A DNA stretch of 64,000 nt from contig CAVUVW010000014.1 of NCBI GenBank assembly GCA_963745035.1, forward strand, positions 448,001 to 512,000, written 5' to 3'. Source of the DNA: an uncultured delta proteobacterium (GTDB lineage Bacteria > Desulfobacterota > Binatia > UBA9968). Of this stretch, positions 44,442 to 51,785 are shown in pieces; position 1 is the stretch's first letter; each line of letters begins with the position of its first letter. Under the pieces are notes generated by a model. It was not told where the DNA came from. It was given only the letters and a program-made list of their open reading frames with translations, and ran no database searches. A program made the position numbers and the translations under genes.

Positions 44442-45335
44442 ATGAGCAATCCAACCATCGGTTTCATCGGTCTCGGCATCATGGGAAAACCCATGGCGCG
44501 GAATCTTCTCAAGGCGGGCTACTCAGTCGTTGCTCACAACAGGAGCCGTGGCTCAGTTGACGAATTGAGCAAAGAAGGCGCGCAAAGCGCGACCAGCTCG
44601 AAAGAAGTCGCCGAGCGGAGCGAAGTCGTCATCACCATGCTGCCCGATTCCCCGGACGTGGAACTTGTCTACACCGGCGAACAGGGAGTTTTCTCGGGTC
44701 TGAAATCGGGACAACTTCTCATCGACATGTCGAGCATCTCCCCGGTCGTCGCGCGCAAGATCGCTGGCGAGGCCGAAAAGCGCGGCTGTGACATGCTCGA
44801 CGCGCCGGTGAGCGGCGGCGAAGCGGGAGCTATCGGCGCGACGCTCTCGATCATGATCGGCGGTAAAGCGTCTGGCGTCGAAAGGGCGATGCCGATCTTC
44901 CACGCGCTCGGCAAGAATATTGTCCACGTCGGCGACGCCGGCGCGGGCCAGGTGACGAAGGCGGCCAATCAGATGGTCGTCGGCACAACCATCGCCATCG
45001 TCGGCGAAGCCCTCGTACTCGCCGCCAAAGCCGGCGTCGATCCGGCGAAAGTCCGCCAAGCTCTCCTCGGCGGCTTTGCGCAATCGAAAATTCTCGAAGC
45101 CCACGGGCAGAAAATGCTGGATCGAAATTTCAAGCCGGGCTTCCGTATTCGCCTGCACGAAAAGGACATGAAGATCGCGCTGGCGACCGGATCCGAATAC
45201 GGCGTGCCGCTGATGGTTACCGGCGTCGTCGGTCAGATAATGACCGCGATGAAGGGCATGGGCAACGGCGATTTGGATCACTCGGGACTGGTGAAGTTCG
45301 TGGAAGAATTGGCAAAAAAGCAGAGCAGTGATTAG
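44442..45335 (+). CDS. garR: 2-hydroxy-3-oxopropionate (tartronate semialdehyde) reductase
   Basis: FIGLGIMGKPMA, DAPVSGG, TKAANQ, FKPGFRI.LH.KD. Confidence 0.88.
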   Translation: MSNPTIGFIGLGIMGKPMARNLLKAGYSVVAHNRSRGSVDELSKEGAQSATSSKEVAERSEVVITMLPDSPDVELVYTGEQGVFSGLKSGQLLIDMSSISPVVARKIAGEAEKRGCDMLDAPVSGGEAGAIGATLSIMIGGKASGVERAMPIFHALGKNIVHVGDAGAGQVTKAANQMVVGTTIAIVGEALVLAAKAGVDPAKVRQALLGGFAQSKILEAHGQKMLDRNFKPGFRIRLHEKDMKIALATGSEYGVPLMVTGVVGQIMTAMKGMGNGDLDHSGLVKFVEELAKKQSSD

Positions 45336-45348
45336 TGAATTAGGGGCC

Positions 45349-45763
45349 TAGTGAGTTAGTGAAGACGCTTACTGAGCTGCTGAGAAATCATGCGGTTCAA
45401 CATTTTTAAAATTTCTTCCAACATGGCTCTCCGGCTCGCGAAAACGGCCAAATCGATCAGCTGCAAGTCTCGGCATTTTAGACACCAGTCCAGCGTTTCC
45501 GTCGTTGATCCTCGAGCGACGATCAAGTAGTGCGTGTACTCCTTTCCCGTTCTTCTGCCGAATCCTTCCGCAATATTCGCGCTGATCGAGCTCGCAGACC
45601 GCAACAACTGATTTGCTATCACGCGCGATGCGGTGTTTGGAGAAAAAGTATCGACGTCTTGAACAACGTCAAGAAAAAACTGATGAGCTTTTTGCCAGAC
45701 AATGAGATCTTCGAAACTCCGGATTTCCCCCACGAACTAGCTCACTTCCTCACTAACTCACTA
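45349..45763. repeat. 14-bp perfect inverted repeats bracketing the four-helix-bundle gene
   Basis: TAGTGAGTTAGTGA (45349-45362) and TCACTAACTCACTA (45750-45763). Confidence 0.75.
45356..45733 (-). CDS. Four helix bundle protein (23S rRNA IVS-like family)
   Basis: SFEDLIVWQKA, QLLRSASSISANIAEGFGR, ARGS..E. Confidence 0.93.
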   Translation of the reverse strand: MGEIRSFEDLIVWQKAHQFFLDVVQDVDTFSPNTASRVIANQLLRSASSISANIAEGFGRRTGKEYTHYLIVARGSTTETLDWCLKCRDLQLIDLAVFASRRAMLEEILKMLNRMISQQLSKRLH

Positions 45764-45767
45764 TTCC

Positions 45768-46781
45768 CTACGGCTTCCACCCCGCCTTAGTAAGCTGCTG
45801 ATCGGCCTCAAGCGCGAAGCTGAAATCATAGGCTCTGCTATTAGGCAAGGTCTCGTTGGCGTTGATCACCTGGCGCACGATGTTGAGGTCATTGCGCTGG
45901 GTTTCGTCGTCGACGGCGCCATTGCGCGTAAAGGTGCCGATGAGATCATCATACAAGCGGGTTGCCTGTTGGCGCGACACACCGGAGAATTTCAGCAACG
46001 CCGAGACCGTGCCTTCCTTGTCCTGGCGCATGTAACGTAACGCCTTCAAGGTTCCGCGAACAAAACCGCCGACCATCTTCGGGTTCTCTTTGATCAGCTT
46101 GTCCGTGGTCGCGAGCGTTCCCCAGGAATTTTTCACTTCGTTGCCCATGAAGAACATTTCTTTCATGCCCTTTTCGAGAGCGATGTAGCGCTGCTCCACG
46201 CTCAGGATCGCGGCGTCGAAGCCGCCGCCGAGCAGCGCCGTGAGCTGATTACCCTGCCCGACGTCGAGATAGATCGGGTCCTTGTTTCCGTCGATGCCGT
46301 GTTTGCTCAGCACCTGCTTGATCATGAATGTAGCGATCGCGGCGACTCCCGTCGTCGCGATCTTTTTGCCTTTGAGATCCTTGGGGCTGGTGATATCAGG
46401 GCGGGTAACGAACCATTGCAGTACCCGGTCGTTGGTCGCAACCACAACCTTAAGCGGCGTATTGCCCCGCGCGATGCTCACCAACGCGCTCGAGCCGGCT
46501 CCGGTGAAATGCGCATCGCCGCCGAGCATCGCTTGAATGCTGGTCGTCGGCGCGATGTAGATCACCCGCTGGTCGATGCCCTCTTCTTTCATGTAGCCTT
46601 TTTGCTGCGCGATCGGATAGATCGCCATCTGAAAACTTTTGGAGGGAATCGCCATGTTGACGACCTGGGACGATTGGGCGTCGGCAAAGCTGCAGATAGC
46701 AAGTAACAAGCAGAGCGCCGACGCGCGACTGATTAACCCGATGACCATTCGATGCGCGTTTATCCCATGCGAGGTTTTCAT
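45768..46781 (-). CDS. SsuA/NMT1-type ABC substrate-binding protein
   Basis: Signal peptide, KGYMKEEGID, DLKGKKIA, LIKENP. Confidence 0.87.
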   Translation of the reverse strand: MKTSHGINAHRMVIGLISRASALCLLLAICSFADAQSSQVVNMAIPSKSFQMAIYPIAQQKGYMKEEGIDQRVIYIAPTTSIQAMLGGDAHFTGAGSSALVSIARGNTPLKVVVATNDRVLQWFVTRPDITSPKDLKGKKIATTGVAAIATFMIKQVLSKHGIDGNKDPIYLDVGQGNQLTALLGGGFDAAILSVEQRYIALEKGMKEMFFMGNEVKNSWGTLATTDKLIKENPKMVGGFVRGTLKALRYMRQDKEGTVSALLKFSGVSRQQATRLYDDLIGTFTRNGAVDDETQRNDLNIVRQVINANETLPNSRAYDFSFALEADQQLTKAGWKP

Positions 46782-46805
46782 GAGTGACTCTCCTAAACGG
46801 CGCTT

Positions 46806-46846
46806 CACCCTCATCCTTCCCTCTCCCTCACGATGAGGGAGAGGGT
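46806..46846. repeat. CCCTCTCCC-type palindromic repeat
   Basis: 12-bp perfect stem CCCTCTCCCTCA/TGAGGGAGAGGG preceded by CACCCTCATCC. Confidence 0.6.
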
Positions 46847-46876
46847 TAAAGAGGGACGATGACGGTCGGGACTGCT

Positions 46877-47971
46877 TTAATTCAACGGATAGAGGAGCTT
46901 CGGATTGTCGAAGAAGATCTTGTCGGTGAGCGCGCGCGGGATGTCTTCCCTGGCCCGCATCGCGGCCACTAACTGGCGTTCCTCGGATGGATCCTGGTGA
47001 CCGTAGTCCGAGCCGATCAAGAGATGGTCTTCGCCGGTATAGCGCGCGATGTAGCTCACGTCCTCGTCGGCCTCGCAGGCGACAAAAATGCGATACTCTC
47101 GAAACATGTCCTGGTCAGATGAAAACTTCCATTTCTCCCGGAAGAGTCTTTTGAGAATATGCAGCATGAACGGCACCCAACCCGCCGACGCCTCGATGAA
47201 GCCGAACTTGAGCTTGGGAAACTGCTCGGGAATCTTGTTGGCGATCAGGTCGCGAAACGCGAACAAGGGCTGCACCCGGCTGTGGCCGAACGTGTGATTG
47301 CGCTCGACGTCGAACAAGCTCAAAAAGAGCGGGCAACCGGCGCCGGTATGAATCAAGATTGGCAGATCGGTGTCGCTCGCGGCCTGGTAGATCGGATTAA
47401 AGTAGGGGTTATCGAGGGTCCGCTGCCCCTCGATGCCGCGGAAGAAGACGCCCACCGCACCGTTGTCTTTGCCCCATTTGATCTCTTTCACCGATTCTTC
47501 AACGGAATGAAGCGGCGGCACGACCACCCAACTCATGCGCCCGCCTGACTTCGCGCAGGCCTGGGCGAGAAACCGGTTGTAGGCCCGCGCCATCGCCACA
47601 TCGAGTGCCACGTCGTCGGTGACATAAATGAGAAACAAGGTTGGAAAAACCACCTGCTTATCGACCCCGAGCTTATCCATGTCTCTCAAGCGGCCTGGGA
47701 TATCGGTCATTTCTCTGTAAGGCAGATGAATGTCGCCGCGCGAGGTTTCCAGCTTCGACGCAGACGGGGTGATCAGGCGAAAACTGCCTTTGCCGTTGGG
47801 CTTAGGAAAGATGTTGCCGTCAATCAGCCAAAACGCGTTGCGCGCGCCGTAAAGCGTGTCTTCCGGAGCTTTGAGCAACACGGGACGGCGGTGATACATG
47901 TCCTTGTCCATCATCGCCCACATCGCCTCGCCTTCCGAAATATGTGTATCGGCGTCGATTATGCCAAGCAT
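46877..47971 (-). CDS. Amidohydrolase_2 family protein
   Basis: IDADTH, LIHTG, FIEASAGW, GSDYGH. Confidence 0.9.
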   Translation of the reverse strand: MLGIIDADTHISEGEAMWAMMDKDMYHRRPVLLKAPEDTLYGARNAFWLIDGNIFPKPNGKGSFRLITPSASKLETSRGDIHLPYREMTDIPGRLRDMDKLGVDKQVVFPTLFLIYVTDDVALDVAMARAYNRFLAQACAKSGGRMSWVVVPPLHSVEESVKEIKWGKDNGAVGVFFRGIEGQRTLDNPYFNPIYQAASDTDLPILIHTGAGCPLFLSLFDVERNHTFGHSRVQPLFAFRDLIANKIPEQFPKLKFGFIEASAGWVPFMLHILKRLFREKWKFSSDQDMFREYRIFVACEADEDVSYIARYTGEDHLLIGSDYGHQDPSEERQLVAAMRAREDIPRALTDKIFFDNPKLLYPLN

Positions 47972-48052
47972 AGAAATCCTCCTTTGATCTGCTTCTTCCA
48001 GCAGCTATAGCAAAATCACCCCGCCCTGCGGAAGACTCCCTTTAAGACAAAG

Positions 48053-48952
48053 TCACCCTGTCAGCGCTCCGGCGGCAATCCACTCGGAGGCGACCTGACG
48101 GGCGTTCGCCGACTGTTCCGGCGCGACCTGCGACAGAAGCCTCTCGAAGAGTCGGTAATCCACCTTGAGGCCTTCGTTCATGCAAGTCACGTAATCATCC
48201 AGAGTTTTTTCCGCGAGTGCTTGTGAATGGCCGAATTGCTTGGTCAAAATCCGCAGCGCCTCGGCGCGATGAGATTTGAAGTGTCGGATTCCTTCACTGT
48301 GCGCCACCAGGAAAGCAGCAAAGTCCCTTTCTCGATCGTGAAAAAGGCTGACCGTGGTTTCAATCGTAATCGGCAGAGGATCGTCAACCACATCGGGCCA
48401 TTCGGCAATGCGTTTGAAGCCCTTTTCCTCGGCAATGAAGCCGAAGGGGCGCGGCACAAGCGCTCCCTGCGCCTTCCCGCTGACCAGTGAGTCAAAAGCA
48501 TCTTGATCGCCATTGACGAGTTGCAACTGCAGATCGGTTCCCACCCACAGTTGCGCCTTTTCGTCGAATGTTTCGGCGATCGGCGCGTTGCGCGAAGGTC
48601 CTTCGCGGCACACGACAGTTTTACCTCGAAGGTCCGCCAATCGGCTGATCGACGGTGACGCGATCAAATAGTAGGGGCAGCTATTCATCGCCGCGCCCAA
48701 AATGCGCGTCGTTTTTGAGGTGAGAAAGTGTTGCAGCGATGCCCGGCCCACCAGCAACGAAAGTTGTGCCGACCCGTTCTCGAGCCTTCGATAACGTTCC
48801 TCCGTGCCTTGAACATGCTGCCAGGATACCTCCAGGCCATGCTTGCGAAAGATTCCCGCTTCAATCGACAGATAGCCGGTCGGATCGCGCGCAAAGTCGC
48901 GTCCGGCGCCTTCAAGGTGGCCGTACATTACAGTGAGATTAGCCGCGCTCAT
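48053..48952 (-). CDS. SsuA/NMT1-type binding protein without an obvious signal peptide
   Basis: GIFRKHGLEV, DLRGKTV; polar N-terminus. Confidence 0.75.
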   Translation of the reverse strand: MSAANLTVMYGHLEGAGRDFARDPTGYLSIEAGIFRKHGLEVSWQHVQGTEERYRRLENGSAQLSLLVGRASLQHFLTSKTTRILGAAMNSCPYYLIASPSISRLADLRGKTVVCREGPSRNAPIAETFDEKAQLWVGTDLQLQLVNGDQDAFDSLVSGKAQGALVPRPFGFIAEEKGFKRIAEWPDVVDDPLPITIETTVSLFHDRERDFAAFLVAHSEGIRHFKSHRAEALRILTKQFGHSQALAEKTLDDYVTCMNEGLKVDYRLFERLLSQVAPEQSANARQVASEWIAAGALTG

Positions 48953-49127
48953 TTCTATTCTCCTTTTCGTGCGAATCGTCGATGCATTCCTATATTACGG
49001 CCCATCACGGCTGACAATGACCAATCAGTCAGGTGCGACGAACCAATCTTGACAGCCGTGTTCCCCCAGGAATAGAGTTCGGTAAAGCGCGATCATATTA
49101 TCGCTATCAAACTTAAAGGAGGTCATC

Positions 49128-49553
49128 ATGCAGCTATTGGATGTTTTGGAGAAGTCCAAAGAACGCAAAAAAGGCCAGCGCCGTATCGATCTGTTTCGGC
49201 GCGAGAACCTCGAGACCTGGATTCTCATTTTCCCTCCCGGCGACGTGCAGAGAATGCACAATCATCCGTCGGACCGCACCTACTATGTCCTCACGGGGAA
49301 GGGCATTATGAAGGGCCTCAACGAAACTCACGAGGTTTCAGCCGGCCAGATTATCAGCATCCCGGCTCACGAGTTCTACGAGGGTTCGAATCCGCACGAT
49401 GAGCCGATGATCTTGTTGGGCAACAGCCACAAGGCCACAGCTGAAGACGTTGTCAAGGCCGGCGGCCAGCGCAACGAGATCGACGAGAAGACCGGCAAAC
49501 GCATCATCTACCAGCACGGCGGCGGCCAGGACATGGGAGTGCTCGCGGACTGA
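49128..49553 (+). CDS. Cupin domain protein
   Basis: MHNHPSDRTYYVLTGKG, GQIISIPAHEFY. Confidence 0.85.
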   Translation: MQLLDVLEKSKERKKGQRRIDLFRRENLETWILIFPPGDVQRMHNHPSDRTYYVLTGKGIMKGLNETHEVSAGQIISIPAHEFYEGSNPHDEPMILLGNSHKATAEDVVKAGGQRNEIDEKTGKRIIYQHGGGQDMGVLAD

Positions 49554-49606
49554 ACTTGACTTATTGATCGTTCAAATCATCCTACCGCTAGATACGATAA
49601 AAAGCC

Positions 49607-49665
49607 GAAGATGGAGGATCGAGGATAGAAGATCGACGATCCTCCATCTTCGATCCTCGATTCTC
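49607..49665. repeat. Hairpin built from degenerate heptamers
   Basis: GAAGATG GAGGATC GAGGATA GAAGATC / GATCCTC CATCTTC GATCCTC GATTCTC. Confidence 0.8.
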
Positions 49666-49682
49666 GACCAGTCTGAGTCAGA

Positions 49683-50792
49683 TCACTGGTTCAAGTTTTG
49701 ACCGAGTCGGGTGTGAATGCGCCGGACGCGCTCCAGTTGCCCCTTCGCCGCGAAACGTTCGTAGAAACCTTCGGCGCGAAAATCGCGCGTCAACTCAGTC
49801 CAGGAGCCGATAACGTTCGTAAAAACTTTGGGGGAACGGTCGCTGTCCCAGGCCTGGACGATCTTACGATTACGAATAAGATCGCCGAACACTCGAAACA
49901 ACGCCTTCAGGGTGACGTCCCGGGTGAACGTAAATTTCTCGTTGTCGCCCCAGACGGCGTCCATGACGTCTCGCACCGCTTTCAAGTAATCGCGCAGGAG
50001 CGCGTAGGCGCGGTCCGCGCGCATCCCGAACTGGTCTTCGAAGAAACGGCGGTCCCGCTGCACGACTTTGAAGATCTCGTTGAACACTTCCGACTGTAAA
50101 ATCCATTTCTCCTGCCGGCTTCGCCCGCCCAGGCGATTGATGCGGTAGCGCAGCGGCGAGTCGGACTCTTCGTAGAGCAGGTTTACCAGTTTGGCGGCGA
50201 ACTTCTTTTCCGGTGTCTCCCAGGAAACCCGTTCATAGAGATCCACCAAGTGGGATTTATTAATCCGGGTGTGAGTCGAATTGATGATCACGAACATCTC
50301 GGTGGCGAAGTCGGCGCTCTTGCCGTCGAACAGCACACACGGAACTTCGATGCGGTCGATCTGTTCGGCATGCTTCTGGTGAAAAAAATGCAGCGCCGCG
50401 AGACGGTGCTGGCCGTCGATGATCAGGTAACGACCGTCCGGCTCGCTCAGGAAGCCGACGCTCTCCGATGAGTCCGAGCGCCGGAAGCGCAGCGTCTCGT
50501 CGGTAAAGAGCAGGATCGTGCCCGGGATCAGCGGCTGGCTGACCGCGGTCTCGTAGAAATTGACGATCTGGCGGATCTTGCGCCGGTTGAGCAAGCGTTG
50601 AAAGGATTTTTCACTCTTCTCAATGCCGGCGATAAACCTGGCGACTTCATCGTCGCCTGGTTCGTCAGGCTCGATCTGCTCGCCTTCAAAGTAATAGCGG
50701 CTCGAAAAGCTCACTCGGTCGAGCAGCTCCGCCGCCTTGTAGGCGATAAAGTAAAACGTGCCTTCCTTCTGCAGCACCCTTGTTGCCAACAT
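49683..50792 (-). CDS. DGQHR-domain (DndB/ParB-like) protein
   Basis: FQRLLNRRKIRQI, IPGTILL, IIDGQHRL, FVIINSTHTRIN; GAGGAGG SD. Confidence 0.9.
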   Translation of the reverse strand: MLATRVLQKEGTFYFIAYKAAELLDRVSFSSRYYFEGEQIEPDEPGDDEVARFIAGIEKSEKSFQRLLNRRKIRQIVNFYETAVSQPLIPGTILLFTDETLRFRRSDSSESVGFLSEPDGRYLIIDGQHRLAALHFFHQKHAEQIDRIEVPCVLFDGKSADFATEMFVIINSTHTRINKSHLVDLYERVSWETPEKKFAAKLVNLLYEESDSPLRYRINRLGGRSRQEKWILQSEVFNEIFKVVQRDRRFFEDQFGMRADRAYALLRDYLKAVRDVMDAVWGDNEKFTFTRDVTLKALFRVFGDLIRNRKIVQAWDSDRSPKVFTNVIGSWTELTRDFRAEGFYERFAAKGQLERVRRIHTRLGQNLNQ

Positions 50793-50892
50793 GAATCGTT
50801 CCTCCTCAATCAGCTACAGTTTGCCCGGGATGATTTTCGTCATCGTAAGGCGCATGCCACCAAACAGCATCGAGATCTCCCAAGCTCTCGTC

Positions 50893-51606
50893 TCACGGTT
50901 CGCCTTGCGCACCGCCCTTCCGACCATAGCCGGCCTGCAAAGTACGGCTCTTCACGAAGCCGGCAAGCTGATCGTCATCGCGAAACTTGGCCATATCGTA
51001 GGTTTCACGATGGGTAATCTCATCCAGTGATCGGCGTGGCGGCGGCGCCACCGGACCTTTGGCGTAGCCGATAGGCACTACGTGATAAATTCTGAGCGGC
51101 TCGGGGATCTTGAGCAGAACTTTGAGCATAGTTTCCATGTAAGGCGAGTTTGCGTCGCTGACGTACTGCGACGCAAGACCGAGCGCAGTCGCCGCCAGGT
51201 GTATGAGCAAAGTCGCATTCGCCAACCCGGTAACGAAGTGTGATTCCGCTTTTTCCAGCTGCGTGCGGATAGGATAAGAGAGTCTTACTCTCGGATCGCC
51301 CAGAATCACGATATGCACCGGCGCCCGGCGAAAACCGTCGCCGGTCATCTTGGCCGTGCCGCGCACGGCGAGATCCATTTCGCGCTTCTGCTCCATTTGT
51401 TTCAGGTAAATATCGGCAATTCGATGGCGCGTCGCCTGCTCGCGCACCACGACGAACTCCCAGGGCTGGCCGTTGCCACCGGACGGCGCCCAGCGGGCAC
51501 AGTCGAGAATCGACCACACCAGCTCATCCGACACGTCCCGCGCTTCGTCGTAGCCTCGGATGCTGCGCCGCCGCTCCACCAGGGTCTGCAAGTCGTGGAT
51601 ATCCAT
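50893..51606 (-). CDS. Nitroreductase family protein
   Basis: RRSIRGY, WAPSGGNGQPWEF, LAATALGLAS, PIGY. Confidence 0.9.
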   Translation of the reverse strand: MDIHDLQTLVERRRSIRGYDEARDVSDELVWSILDCARWAPSGGNGQPWEFVVVREQATRHRIADIYLKQMEQKREMDLAVRGTAKMTGDGFRRAPVHIVILGDPRVRLSYPIRTQLEKAESHFVTGLANATLLIHLAATALGLASQYVSDANSPYMETMLKVLLKIPEPLRIYHVVPIGYAKGPVAPPPRRSLDEITHRETYDMAKFRDDDQLAGFVKSRTLQAGYGRKGGAQGEP

Positions 51607-51785
51607 TCGGTACTCCCTCGGTTGCCGCATCAACGTATTCCCAGAAACGCCATGCGCCGTCAATCTCCAGGTCATCCGATTGAGCGCGACGAAAACGTGA
51701 ACCGAGGCGCGCTGGTAGGAAACTTTCCGTCTTTAGCTTTTCCCCGAAGTTATGGTATCCTTCCACTTACATTTAGTGCATTTAG

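Noticed and set aside
45356-45733. Diversity-generating retroelement (Avd-like gene)
   Set aside because: No reverse transcriptase or TR/VR repeat pair seen in the window
20634-49665. CRISPR array among the short repeats
   Set aside because: Units are 7-9 nt without unique spacers, and no cas genes are present
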